Part shown: positions 19,554-30,073 of the stretch, one piece after another
How the letters are laid out: the number at the start of each line of letters is the position of its first letter
Numbering within the stretch: the stretch's first letter is position 1
DNA from: an uncultured virus (IMG/VR IMGVR_UViG_3300025770_000897)
Taxonomy: Duplodnaviria > Heunggongvirae > Uroviricota > Caudoviricetes
Strand: one strand, 5' to 3'
DNA length: 64,000 bases
IMG/VR virus record: IMGVR_UViG_3300025770_000897
Notes under the pieces: model-generated
What the model was told of the DNA's origin: nothing
The model's input: only the letters and a program-made list of their open reading frames with translations
The model's database searches: none
Position numbers and translations under genes: made by a program

Positions 19554-22500
19554 ATGACAACTTTTGAAGAACAATTGGAAGAACTTATCGGTAAGCAAGG
19601 CATGGCAGTTCTCAAAGAAGTTGCAGCCAGTAGTGGTCGCAAGTTAGAAGAAATGGTCTCCCTTGAAGAAATGGATGAAACCCTCGGTAGCGTTGAAGTT
19701 TTCTCTGGCGTTAATCGTGGACCCTTGAACTTTTTAGTTATTGATGAGGATGGAGATGAAATCGACCTTGATTTAGGTTTGGAAGAATCTGATTATGGCG
19801 GTTACGAAGTTTCGGCAGTTTATGACGATACAGTAATGAGTAAAGGATTACCTGCTACATTAGGTGCTGCTTTAGGAAAAATCTTTGAAGCCAAATTGAA
19901 ACTTACCAAACTTACACAAAACAAAAAGGCTCACGAGATGAGACTCAAAAAGGTTCAAACCAGTATGACCAATCTCGGTGAAGTTTTCGGTTTCGATACT
20001 TACGAACACCTTGAAATGTTCACAGCCGCATGGTTGATGAAAGATTCTACTTGCCGATTGTCTGGTATTCCCGGCACAGGTAAAACCACAGTTATTGAAT
20101 CTGCCGCAGTTTTGTTGTGCAATTCTTACGGACACTCTGGAAAAAAGCGATTTGTTGTTTCTGAAGGTAAAACTTACACCGATAACGCTCGTTTCAATCA
20201 ACCTTACGTTCCCAAAGAGTTCCCTGCTGGTCAAAACTATGCAATTGATTACTCCAACGATGCTTACTTTGCAGTTCGTGACAACTGGAACAAATGGCGA
20301 TTTACCCATTGGGAACAAGATTCTCAAGTTTCAGGGGCTTATCTTTACGACACCCAATTCTTGCACTCTAATGCCAAGAACAGCAAAGGAGATTCTTTCA
20401 ACAAAAACACTATGTCAATTGAAGATTACTTCTATCTACTTACCAATTGCTACGTTTCCAAAGTCCCCATTCAAGGATTCAACCACCCAGATTTGGAAAA
20501 GAAAGATGATTTGACCGCCGCAGACATTCTGAAACTCTTACCAGAAAACGAAGTTGAAATGGCTGTTGCACCAATTCAAATCCTGAACGAAAAAGGAGAG
20601 TTTGTTTTCAGTAACACTCGTGAATACCAAGTTACAGATTCTACTGGAGATGTTGAACTGACTTACACAATGGGTCTGCAATATCCTCAATACAATGCTG
20701 ACACTCCTGAAGAAACTCAAAATTACCGAAACATTGTTTTAGACCGCCCCGGAGCAGGTGGATACGCTCGTGATAGTCTCAGTGATTACCTCGTTGCAGG
20801 TCATGGTCTTTACACCGATGCAGGTCGTAACGAAGGTTTTAACTTCCGTGCTTTTTTGATGGAACATTTCTATGACTTGCGTTCAGAGTGGATTCCAGCA
20901 TCAGGTGGTGGAAAATACAACGACACTAAAAGTATTCTTGAAGAAATGCTTCGTGAAATCGGTGTGGCTAAGATTGACTACGAAAAGCGTGCTGACGAAG
21001 TTCTTTACGGTATTGAAATCCGTCAAGCCACCAAACAAAATGAATTGCGTGGTGTGGAAGAATCAACTTACGAGTTCGAGCCAGTTCCACGACCTATCGT
21101 TACCCAACCTGTTAAGTTCTTCAACGAAGCCAACCGTTCACAGGCTGGTGTCGAAGACGCTGTTCTGGGTCTAATTGCCGAGCGAAAAGTAGAATACCGT
21201 GGTCGCAGTTTCGATTCACCTTCTTTCGTTGCTTGGATGGATACCAACCCTCACCAAAAAGGAAACGACCTTGCTTTCATTGACCGTATCGACATGGAAT
21301 TGCTGTTTAAGTCAATTTCTCTGGGTGCCAGATATGAACAACTTTCAGGCAAAGTTCTCGGTGGCGGTGGACCCCCACAAGAGCGATTGGTTGTTAAAGC
21401 CATTCAAGGACAAATTGAACCTCTACGTTTCAACGAATTGGCTTCAGTTTGGAACTTTGTAGGCAAAGACATTGGTTACGCCCCACCCGGTCAAACTGTT
21501 GGTAGTTCAACTTACGACGCACTTCGAGAAATGTCTTACATTTCAGTCTTGTTCACTCAACGATTCCAACCACTTAACACCAAACTCAAGGCTGCCTCAA
21601 AGAAAAACCTCGTTCCAAAATCTTCAGGCTATCTGTATGCTTCACCACTTATGGATTTCTCAATTACTACTAATACTAATGAAGATGGAACTTCCAAAAT
21701 CAGACCCGACAGTGAAATCGGTAAAACTTACGAAGACCACGCACCCAGCGATATTGGACGTGTTCTTGGTTTCCGTTTCACCAACTCACTTCAGAAACTT
21801 TCGGCGGCTTTAGCATTCTTGCGAGGTAAATCTTACGTTACCCGCAGCGAGATTCTCGATGCTTTGCCTTATGTGACGGCTCACCGTTTGGGGCGTGCTA
21901 AGAGTAGCAAAGGTGAAATCTCTGGTATGAAAGGAGATGAACTCAACTACAACAACGAACAGGAATGGATTCGAGAGGCTATTGTGAACAAATACTTGCT
22001 TCAAGACGGCACAGATTTGGGAGTTTCAAAGGGTGGATACCCACTCCTCGATGTTTGGGATTTGTTTTACCGCCGATGTATGGATGTTCTTCGTTCAGCA
22101 CCTAATCTTTGGAATTACGAACAAACCGTTTTGGTTCCACTTCGTAAAAGTATGATTCAAGCAAATGCAGGTAAAAACTTCACTCCTGTTCATTGGCATA
22201 TTGCTACAATGGTCATTGAGAACGAGCGTGCGGCTCTTAACACCCCAGATTCCGCTACTAAACCTTCTCGAACTTATGGCTCTGCTAACGATTACACAGA
22301 AAACTACAACAATTATTTGAGTCGTGTATCTTATGACCCTAACGATAAAAAGGATACTTCGGCACAAGTTTTGTTTGATTATTACCAACTTCGTGGTGAC
22401 ATTTGTGGAGAACCCAACTTGTTTTCAGATGACCGAGACACGTTGCTGTCGCTTTTGGATTCCAACATGGCTCCAATTTGTGGCGGACCAGTCAATAAAA

Positions 22501-23393
22501 CCGAATTAGGTATTGCTAACAAAATTGCCCGAAGCGGCAACGGATGGACCGCCCTGACCAACAATGGATTCAAAAATGCTACCAATAGTTTCCAATGGAG
22601 AACTTATCAAGATTCTATCGGTGCATGGGGTCGTATGTTGGCCGCACCGGGTAACACCGGCTCTGGCGGCACAGGCTCAGGCAAACCATTTGAAGAAAGC
22701 CAAATGTCTGGTATGTCTTATGCTTCATCTTTTGCAGACCAAGCCTTGATGATTTCAGGTCGATTACCAATTCGTAAGATTTCATCCAAGCGAGGTAGCC
22801 GAGGTGCTGGCTCTCTACAACGAGATAATTTCGTGGACCAACTCACGAAACTTCAAACGTCCTACACAACTTCTGTGGGTAGTGGCGGAGTTCAGATACT
22901 TAACTTAGAAGGCAACGAGGACAGCATTAGTAACACAACTTTTACTGATTTCATGTCTGGTGTCATAGGATGGGCAACAGATTATACCAATCGAGAAGAC
23001 ACCGAGTTTGTTGAGAAAAGCGCATTACAAGAAACTTTCGGAGGACTTACTGGAAATCTTAAAACTGATGGTCTCATGGCTTGTTTCCCACTTAATCACG
23101 CTGCGGGTTCACCCACAGGACAAACTGATTATGAAGGCGACGACCACCTTCGACTTTGGGTTCGCTTCTTTGTGAGTGAAACATCTGGCGGATTTACCAC
23201 CCTCAACCTCACTATGGGTATTACTTCCAACTTAATTTCGGGCAAGAAGTTCTTAGAAGTTTCTGAACCAATGGCTTACACTACGGCCAGTTACACTAAC
23301 CTCGTTAATGAGGGTGTCAAAGATTCAGGAAACATCTCATTGATTGATTCGCTGCATTATCAGTTAATCTTTAATGAAGCCACCATGCTTTAA
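19554..23393 (+). CDS. MoxR-like AAA+ ATPase with large insertions
   Basis: Walker A GIPGTGKT, variant Walker B VKFFNEANR, LGLIAERKVEY, DTNP sensor, AFIDRID arginine finger, AALAFLRGKSYVTRSEI lid. Confidence 0.85.
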   Translation: MTTFEEQLEELIGKQGMAVLKEVAASSGRKLEEMVSLEEMDETLGSVEVFSGVNRGPLNFLVIDEDGDEIDLDLGLEESDYGGYEVSAVYDDTVMSKGLPATLGAALGKIFEAKLKLTKLTQNKKAHEMRLKKVQTSMTNLGEVFGFDTYEHLEMFTAAWLMKDSTCRLSGIPGTGKTTVIESAAVLLCNSYGHSGKKRFVVSEGKTYTDNARFNQPYVPKEFPAGQNYAIDYSNDAYFAVRDNWNKWRFTHWEQDSQVSGAYLYDTQFLHSNAKNSKGDSFNKNTMSIEDYFYLLTNCYVSKVPIQGFNHPDLEKKDDLTAADILKLLPENEVEMAVAPIQILNEKGEFVFSNTREYQVTDSTGDVELTYTMGLQYPQYNADTPEETQNYRNIVLDRPGAGGYARDSLSDYLVAGHGLYTDAGRNEGFNFRAFLMEHFYDLRSEWIPASGGGKYNDTKSILEEMLREIGVAKIDYEKRADEVLYGIEIRQATKQNELRGVEESTYEFEPVPRPIVTQPVKFFNEANRSQAGVEDAVLGLIAERKVEYRGRSFDSPSFVAWMDTNPHQKGNDLAFIDRIDMELLFKSISLGARYEQLSGKVLGGGGPPQERLVVKAIQGQIEPLRFNELASVWNFVGKDIGYAPPGQTVGSSTYDALREMSYISVLFTQRFQPLNTKLKAASKKNLVPKSSGYLYASPLMDFSITTNTNEDGTSKIRPDSEIGKTYEDHAPSDIGRVLGFRFTNSLQKLSAALAFLRGKSYVTRSEILDALPYVTAHRLGRAKSSKGEISGMKGDELNYNNEQEWIREAIVNKYLLQDGTDLGVSKGGYPLLDVWDLFYRRCMDVLRSAPNLWNYEQTVLVPLRKSMIQANAGKNFTPVHWHIATMVIENERAALNTPDSATKPSRTYGSANDYTENYNNYLSRVSYDPNDKKDTSAQVLFDYYQLRGDICGEPNLFSDDRDTLLSLLDSNMAPICGGPVNKTELGIANKIARSGNGWTALTNNGFKNATNSFQWRTYQDSIGAWGRMLAAPGNTGSGGTGSGKPFEESQMSGMSYASSFADQALMISGRLPIRKISSKRGSRGAGSLQRDNFVDQLTKLQTSYTTSVGSGGVQILNLEGNEDSISNTTFTDFMSGVIGWATDYTNREDTEFVEKSALQETFGGLTGNLKTDGLMACFPLNHAAGSPTGQTDYEGDDHLRLWVRFFVSETSGGFTTLNLTMGITSNLISGKKFLEVSEPMAYTTASYTNLVNEGVKDSGNISLIDSLHYQLIFNEATML

Positions 23394-23428
23394 GAAGTTT
23401 TAAGTATCGGAAACCCCTAATGTCAATT

Positions 23429-24769
23429 ATGGCAGACGATGATGAGTTCATAGACACTTACATGACCATCGAACCTGCTGGTGATAACGTTCCAGAAGAT
23501 TTTTACAAAATGTTGGGCAAATTAAAAAAGGCCAACGGAATATCCAACGAGTTAATGCTGGTCGATTCAGCAGAGCATTTTGCTCAAACTAACATGGATT
23601 ACATTTCTCTTTCTAACGATTACATGGCTCATGGACTTCCTGAAAATTATCACGGCTTCACTGAAAAACGTATATCCGAGGATTTACTTTTCGTGATTCA
23701 ACACGAAATTGGACATCTCAATATCCATCCCAACCAAAGTTACGGATGGAAAGAGGAAATACAAGGTTTGCCCTTAGAAAGAAGTCGTCGAGGACGTTGG
23801 GCTAATGTCTTTTCAGATGTCATCGTCAATTACACGGCAGGTAATGGAGTTCAATTAGTTCCAAGTCCTGATAAAGCACAAGATACTGAGGCTATGAACA
23901 ATGCTATGTGGTCTTCTTACGCAGGAGGTTATCGAACTTGCTACGATGGTAATGGGATGTTGGAGGGTCAAGTCCAACACAGACTATTATTGGAATCTGG
24001 AAAATTGGTGGATAATCGTTTCAATAATGGTCGTTACACCAATCCAGCCACAGTAGATGGCTACACCCCTTCAGATGACACACCCAGATATGAAAGATGG
24101 CAAGGTCACGGTCGGGGTCCACAGTTATATCCTTCTGTGGCTTGGTGTGTGTCACATAAAATGCCTGTTGGCACAGATATGGGTGCAGGTTTGGGATTGT
24201 CCAAAACACCCCAAGCATTTCCAGACAACTGGAAACAAGTAGAAGTCAAAGCCACCCTTAATATCGAATACTCCCCTAATGCAAACAAGTGGTTGGGCTA
24301 CAATCCAACACCCGGAACTTGTCCCCTAACTGCTGGAGAGACCACAAACGAGGGAAAAATCTCCTCTGGAACTTACACAGTTTTGTCCACTCGAACTTAT
24401 GACAACATCATTGACACCAAAGAACTTCGACCTATTGAGTTCTATCAAATTGATTACGGAGGCACACCTCGTTGGATACCTGCCCATTATTGTATTACAC
24501 TTTGTCCTGCCTGTGGACTTCCAGCACCCACTCAATTTGAGTTAGGTTTCGGTTACAAGCCTTACATGAAAGACATTATAGAATACGACCCTCGCACCAT
24601 GAATCAAGCCGAGAGAAGTAAGTTGTATGCTCAATTACTTCATAATTTACTGGCTGGTCTTTACTCTACTTCTAAAGAAGGTTTCGACGGTAAAACCGGA
24701 GTGGCCGCTGGTGAAGCATGGCTTTATGAAACTGCATGGGATATGCACTTACAACACACAGGAAATTAA
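23429..24769 (+). CDS. Putative HExxH metallopeptidase (DUF2201 N-terminal-like, MoxR/VWA-associated)
   Basis: FVIQHEIGH...WANVFSDVIVN plus a C-terminal CPAC; ATG 30 nt after TATA at 23399. Confidence 0.65.
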   Translation: MADDDEFIDTYMTIEPAGDNVPEDFYKMLGKLKKANGISNELMLVDSAEHFAQTNMDYISLSNDYMAHGLPENYHGFTEKRISEDLLFVIQHEIGHLNIHPNQSYGWKEEIQGLPLERSRRGRWANVFSDVIVNYTAGNGVQLVPSPDKAQDTEAMNNAMWSSYAGGYRTCYDGNGMLEGQVQHRLLLESGKLVDNRFNNGRYTNPATVDGYTPSDDTPRYERWQGHGRGPQLYPSVAWCVSHKMPVGTDMGAGLGLSKTPQAFPDNWKQVEVKATLNIEYSPNANKWLGYNPTPGTCPLTAGETTNEGKISSGTYTVLSTRTYDNIIDTKELRPIEFYQIDYGGTPRWIPAHYCITLCPACGLPAPTQFELGFGYKPYMKDIIEYDPRTMNQAERSKLYAQLLHNLLAGLYSTSKEGFDGKTGVAAGEAWLYETAWDMHLQHTGN

Positions 24770-24782
24770 GTGGTGAACTATT

Positions 24783-27581
24783 ATGCCTTACGAAAACAAT
24801 ACTTACATTTCTGATAAAGGAAGAGAATACTCTCGTGCAATTTTCCACAATATGTTTAAGAATGATGGCGAAAAAATGGATGTTACATCAGTAAATGCCA
24901 TCGTAGGACACATGAGAGGAGTAGATGGAACCACTTTCCATCAAACTCTCGGAATGGTAAAACAATTTATTACAGGTTATCGCCATAAAAATGCTGGACA
25001 ATCATTTGATACAGGAGTTTTGATTTGCCCATCTTGCACTCGTCGAGACTTTATGCCTTTTTGGGAGTTTGTAGATTTCGGATTCCGCAACGATAACGAT
25101 GAGTGGACTTCCACCGTTAAACCAAGAAAGGACCGGTATTCTGTTGGAGGCGACTTACAAGTTTTCGGTTATCATATAGTTTCCAGAGTAGTGTGCAACC
25201 ATGCTACCACTTGTTTAGAGTGTAACACCACAGTCACAGGACATTATTCCCAATGCCGAGCAAGTGGTTGTCGAAGTTCCAACGTGGTTCAAGTTGGTTG
25301 CGGCCATGAGTTTTCACACCATTCCGTAGTCAGTGAATATCAAGCCTCAGAATGGGTTGCTTTAGGTCGTTCCTCAACAGATATGGCTGGTGTTTTTGAA
25401 AACAGAGGTGGCAAGATGGTCAAAAAGTTTGGTTCTCAACCATTTTTCTGGAGGGTTGGATATGAAGGACCTATGCCGGAGGGTGTAGTTTTAACAGACC
25501 CCTTAACTGCGTTTGAATACATACCTAAATTACAAATAGGTTACGAAACTTTTGATGGTGAACGAAGACCTTATGGTTACAAATGTCCAGACCCAAGTTG
25601 TGACTTTGAGCGATATGCACCACCTAAGAACCAAAATTACGATGCACCAATCATGGCTCCCAGTGCTTATAATTCAACTAAACGGACTTACTCAGACACG
25701 GGAAGTGATGGGCAACCACTAAGTAGCGGCTGTCAAGCAACTTACAATCGAAATGACCAAGAACAACGTGGTGGATTGGTAAATAACATGGGTAAGTGTC
25801 CAATACACGATTTAACCTTAGTTCCTCGAAAATCCATTAAAGAGAAACCATCATCAGATTGGTTTTTGCCTTCTGGATTGCCGAAAACGGCTTTGACGCA
25901 TTCAAGGTCCGTTGGATATAGTCATGGTTCATACAGCGCAGATACCGGCAAGGGTTTAAGTTTTGATGACCAAAGAGTTCACGCAGAAGTTGAAGAGTAT
26001 TCAACGAGGCAAATGACTCGTTGGGCTAATTCCACACCAATGAGTTATCCAATTAGCAGTTTGCTGAGGATGTTTGTGCAAGTTCCCAAAGAAGTTTGCA
26101 TCTTTTGTATTGAAGAACACACTGGATACGGTTCTGTAAATGAAGATAGTAATTTTTATTACTCCCCCGGTAAGGGCTATACTTTGGAATGTCAAAGATG
26201 TGGTAGATGGCAACCTCAATACCGCCGACCAGCCAAAGATAATTCTATGATGGAGAATCCATCGTTGTATTCAATTGGAAGCCCCCAACCATTAGGCGGA
26301 ATACTGAATGACGACGAAGATAATCCGATTTACACAATTCTTTTAGATTCTAAGATGGCTCCTGATAAATCAATTCGTCAAGAACAGTTGGGTCTTTGGT
26401 CAGGGATTAACATACCATCTGGACCAGAAAGTGGTCCCGACACAGGTATGTCAGTTATGCTTTGCCCCAATGATAGAGTAGGAGAATCAGGTGCTACTGG
26501 AGAACTTCGTCGTAAAGAGTTGGCCGACAAAGCCAGCGAGATTGATGTTACTGATGGAGACATACTGATTGAAACTCAATTACTCAATCTTGACGGATTA
26601 ACTCGTGATGGGGACAATTTGAAAAAGGCATTTCAAACCGCCCAAAATGCGATGGAGATTCCACGTTCAGTTCGTGTCAGAGGATTAGTTCAATACATAC
26701 CGACTACAATGGATGATGAGTTCGTTACCATTACTACACCCCAATTACTTAAATATCGTTCCACAGACCCCGTAGGAGACTTACCCGGTCGAATCTGGAG
26801 ATTTGAAGTCAGAAAGGAAAACATCCTATTACAACAAGAAGATGATTCACCATTAGGTGAGTCTGGCCCGGGTTACACTTATGTTGTAACTGAAGGTCGT
26901 AGTCGTGAATGTTTCTATAATTCCAAGGACCGATTACTTGATGCCAGTTCTCAATGTTTCAGTTACCGAGACCGTGCAACAGGTGAACCTCAAAGCACAC
27001 TTCGCCAGTATCCTCGTTGGACACAAACACCAGCACAAGACGTTAGACCAGACGGTATTCCCGGCTCTCCAGAATACATCACCAATAATGGTAAGTATGT
27101 ATGGAACTCTAACACTCACATGGCACAAGACCGATACCGAATCAATGAATACCTTAACACTTTCATGCCCAAAAATGAAAGGGGAGAGCCAAGTCTTGAA
27201 CCGAAATACCATAGTTTCAGAGAGTTACCGCCACCGACACATGATGTTGAAGTCAATCAAGTTCATATCTTCTACGAATGTCAAACTTGTAAAGAGATGT
27301 GGACTATCGGAAGTGAAATGAAAAAGGCTGGAACTTATGAACCCGGTGCTGCTGTAACTGAGTATTATCGTCGTCGAGGTTGGGTTGATGCCGCAGGTGA
27401 AATTACTCAGCCGAAAGTATTCCCAGAAGTTGCTTTAGATGCTGCTAAAGAACGAGAAAAAAATGACCCCAATAATCTTGGTGTTGAAGACCCTGCAATT
27501 CAAGCCTTTAACCGTGGCGATGGCAAAACAGCCAAAGAAATGTTAGAACAAAAGAAGATGGTGGTGAAAACAGATGAGTAA
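24783..27581 (+). CDS. Large multi-zinc-finger protein
   Basis: CPSC, CLEC, CRASGC, CPDPSC, CPIH, CIFC, CQRC and CQTC motifs; GGTGA RBS. Confidence 0.8.
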   Translation: MPYENNTYISDKGREYSRAIFHNMFKNDGEKMDVTSVNAIVGHMRGVDGTTFHQTLGMVKQFITGYRHKNAGQSFDTGVLICPSCTRRDFMPFWEFVDFGFRNDNDEWTSTVKPRKDRYSVGGDLQVFGYHIVSRVVCNHATTCLECNTTVTGHYSQCRASGCRSSNVVQVGCGHEFSHHSVVSEYQASEWVALGRSSTDMAGVFENRGGKMVKKFGSQPFFWRVGYEGPMPEGVVLTDPLTAFEYIPKLQIGYETFDGERRPYGYKCPDPSCDFERYAPPKNQNYDAPIMAPSAYNSTKRTYSDTGSDGQPLSSGCQATYNRNDQEQRGGLVNNMGKCPIHDLTLVPRKSIKEKPSSDWFLPSGLPKTALTHSRSVGYSHGSYSADTGKGLSFDDQRVHAEVEEYSTRQMTRWANSTPMSYPISSLLRMFVQVPKEVCIFCIEEHTGYGSVNEDSNFYYSPGKGYTLECQRCGRWQPQYRRPAKDNSMMENPSLYSIGSPQPLGGILNDDEDNPIYTILLDSKMAPDKSIRQEQLGLWSGINIPSGPESGPDTGMSVMLCPNDRVGESGATGELRRKELADKASEIDVTDGDILIETQLLNLDGLTRDGDNLKKAFQTAQNAMEIPRSVRVRGLVQYIPTTMDDEFVTITTPQLLKYRSTDPVGDLPGRIWRFEVRKENILLQQEDDSPLGESGPGYTYVVTEGRSRECFYNSKDRLLDASSQCFSYRDRATGEPQSTLRQYPRWTQTPAQDVRPDGIPGSPEYITNNGKYVWNSNTHMAQDRYRINEYLNTFMPKNERGEPSLEPKYHSFRELPPPTHDVEVNQVHIFYECQTCKEMWTIGSEMKKAGTYEPGAAVTEYYRRRGWVDAAGEITQPKVFPEVALDAAKEREKNDPNNLGVEDPAIQAFNRGDGKTAKEMLEQKKMVVKTDE

Positions 27582-28737
27582 TTATCAAAGCGACGGATGG
27601 GCTGATAACCCTTTTACTTTTATGCAAAGCAGAGATGTGCCTATCATTGATTGTTCACCAACTCCTATGAAACCATTACTTCGAGATTTGTTCGACAAAA
27701 TCAAAGCCAAATATCTTCGGATGCCTCCTGCTAAAATCACTCCTTTAGAACCTGTGGCTACTACACAATGGTCTCCAGAAATGGGAATGACTCAAACTTT
27801 AGTGGACCGATTTGCACCCAATCCTGCATTTATTGGACTACCTCTACGTCGTAAAGACATTGAAACTCAAGTAGGCAGCAAAGGTTTCAACACGCATTAC
27901 AACATTATGATAGACCAATCGGGTTCTATGAGGGCTCCTGCTTGTCATTATGAAGGTAACGCACTTCACAGAGGTTTAGTTTGTCGATTAGCAACTGCTA
28001 ATTTGATTTCACAAGCCAAACTTAATTTGGATAGTTTCATTGTTTATTCTTATAATAACACAGGTAAAATCGTTTGGCCTTTGCCCGGTGGTGAACCCAG
28101 TTATGATTATGACGAGGCAGTAGATTTCTTAACAGGCGATGGAATCAAACAACTTTGGAATCCTATTGAAATGGATGGTGTAACAGACGCTTGGGGCGAC
28201 GACACGAACAACATCGTAAATGCTTTGGATGCTATCGTTCCTGACGGCGATAACAATGAAGCGGCGGCTTTTGAAATTATGATTGAAAATACTCAAAAAC
28301 ACGACATTGGCGGAAGCATTACTGTTTTCATTACCGACGGCCATAATCTCAAAGGACCCTTAGAAGAAAGCAGTTCAGTATCTGGAGGCAAAAGTTTCGA
28401 TAATTGGTTCCGAAGTGCAAATCCACAAAACAAAGTTTTCTACATTATTCTTCAAGACGCTCGTTCCGAAAGTTCTATGGATAGATTCTGCAAAGGTGTT
28501 GAAGATGCTTTAATCAGTATCTACGGTTATCCCCGTGAAATTGCTTCAAAGTTTGTTTGGAAGTTCCCAGACTCTCGTATGGTGGACCCAGAAACAGGCG
28601 AAATCATTGAGGATTTGTGGGACCAAATGGGTTGGCTATTTACAGAGATTGGTAAGATTTTTGCAGGTATTTCTGAAGAGTTTGAAGATGTTGTCGAATA
28701 CTTTGAAGAGATTGGACACGAGGACCCAGACGATTGA
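27574..28737 (+). CDS. von Willebrand factor A (VWA) domain protein
   Basis: MIDAS IMIDQSGSM and VFITDG; GGTGA RBS. Confidence 0.85.
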   Translation: MSNYQSDGWADNPFTFMQSRDVPIIDCSPTPMKPLLRDLFDKIKAKYLRMPPAKITPLEPVATTQWSPEMGMTQTLVDRFAPNPAFIGLPLRRKDIETQVGSKGFNTHYNIMIDQSGSMRAPACHYEGNALHRGLVCRLATANLISQAKLNLDSFIVYSYNNTGKIVWPLPGGEPSYDYDEAVDFLTGDGIKQLWNPIEMDGVTDAWGDDTNNIVNALDAIVPDGDNNEAAAFEIMIENTQKHDIGGSITVFITDGHNLKGPLEESSSVSGGKSFDNWFRSANPQNKVFYIILQDARSESSMDRFCKGVEDALISIYGYPREIASKFVWKFPDSRMVDPETGEIIEDLWDQMGWLFTEIGKIFAGISEEFEDVVEYFEEIGHEDPDD

Positions 28738-28774
28738 GCAAGGTTTTAAGTAGTCGTGCAACGAAGTGTTTGAC

Positions 28775-30034
28775 ATGGATGCTCCTGTTGCCTCATCACC
28801 TGCACGTCAGGCTGAAGCGTTTCCAACACCTTCCGAGATTTGTCTGGGACGTAAATTGAGATTTCCCGCCTACGGAGAAGACAGTTTAATTTCAAATGTT
28901 TTGTTTATCACTGGTAAGCGTGGCTCAGGAAAGTCATTTACTGCTGGTGTAATGATGGAAGAGTTTCACCGACTTGGACTTCAGTTCGTTTGTTTCGATG
29001 CTCTCGATGCTCACGGTGGCTTAGACCAAATGCCCCGTGTAGAATCCATCAAACCCGAAGAAGGTCAAAGTATTGACATGAAAAGTCTGGTTCAAAGATT
29101 GAAAACTACTGACAAGTCTTTGGTTATTAAAATGGGTGGTCTTAGCCTTACCAAACAACAAGAAATTATTGGAGACTATTGTGAAGCACTTATTGAGGCT
29201 CGTATTAACAAAGGATTGCACACAATTTTTGAAGAGTGTCAAGATTTTATTCCCCAAGTTGGCCGACCGATTTCGTTTGACCCCATCGTGCGATTGTGCA
29301 AACTGGGTCGTGCATTAGGATACGGTGCTACGCTGGTTTCGCAACGACCCGCAGGTGTGAACAAAGAAGCCTTATCACAGGCTTCAGTTTATCTGGTTCA
29401 CAACGTCATTAACAATCGAGACTTGAAAACTTTGGATGAACAATTAAGTTTCGGAACAGATAAACGACTCATTAAGAAAATCTTGAATGGTATTTCATCG
29501 GCTCGTAAAGGTGAATGTGTTGCTTACGCACCAGAGTTTTTCAGAGACCGAGGTTACATTGTAATTGATAAAATCCGTGGAGACCGTGTAACTGAACACA
29601 CTGGTAACAACATTGACGTTCAAAGTTTAATTGGTGGTAATGCAACACCCGAAAGTTCCGGCGAGTTATTTGATGCAAACAGCACACCAATGCCAGATGA
29701 TGCTATCGGTAGTATTTCTGATGCTGAAAGTTTCGCTCGACACAGTTCACCGCTTTCACCAGCAACTCCAATTCCAGCAGTTCCACCAGTTTCCTCAGTT
29801 TCCCCAGAGTTCTTAAATGAAATGAAATCCTATGATGATTGGGAGCCATCACTTCCGCATTTTGAATACGACCCTTATGATGCAGATTCGCTCGAAACTT
29901 CTTTAGAAGATTGGGAAACTTATGCCCCACCATCAGGTTCTAACAATCGTTGGGTGCCTGTGGCTGCTATCGGAGGCACGGCTTTGACTTCGGCATTACT
30001 GTTGGTCGTTATGCGTGGCCTACGGATTCGTTGA
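28775..30034 (+). CDS. HerA/FtsK-superfamily ATPase with C-terminal TM anchor (candidate genome-packaging ATPase)
   Basis: ITGKRGSGKS Walker A, IFEECQDF Walker B, LGRALG arginine finger, VSQRPA; C-terminal VAAIGGTALTSALLLVVMR; TATA at 28745. Confidence 0.85.
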   Translation: MDAPVASSPARQAEAFPTPSEICLGRKLRFPAYGEDSLISNVLFITGKRGSGKSFTAGVMMEEFHRLGLQFVCFDALDAHGGLDQMPRVESIKPEEGQSIDMKSLVQRLKTTDKSLVIKMGGLSLTKQQEIIGDYCEALIEARINKGLHTIFEECQDFIPQVGRPISFDPIVRLCKLGRALGYGATLVSQRPAGVNKEALSQASVYLVHNVINNRDLKTLDEQLSFGTDKRLIKKILNGISSARKGECVAYAPEFFRDRGYIVIDKIRGDRVTEHTGNNIDVQSLIGGNATPESSGELFDANSTPMPDDAIGSISDAESFARHSSPLSPATPIPAVPPVSSVSPEFLNEMKSYDDWEPSLPHFEYDPYDADSLETSLEDWETYAPPSGSNNRWVPVAAIGGTALTSALLLVVMRGLRIR

Positions 30035-30073
30035 AGTTGAAACTTTAAGTGAGTGATTGGCCTTACACTATCC

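Noticed and set aside
20110..20960. Possible intein in the MoxR ATPase insertion
   Set aside because: No C-terminal His-Asn plus Cys/Ser/Thr junction or LAGLIDADG blocks recognised.
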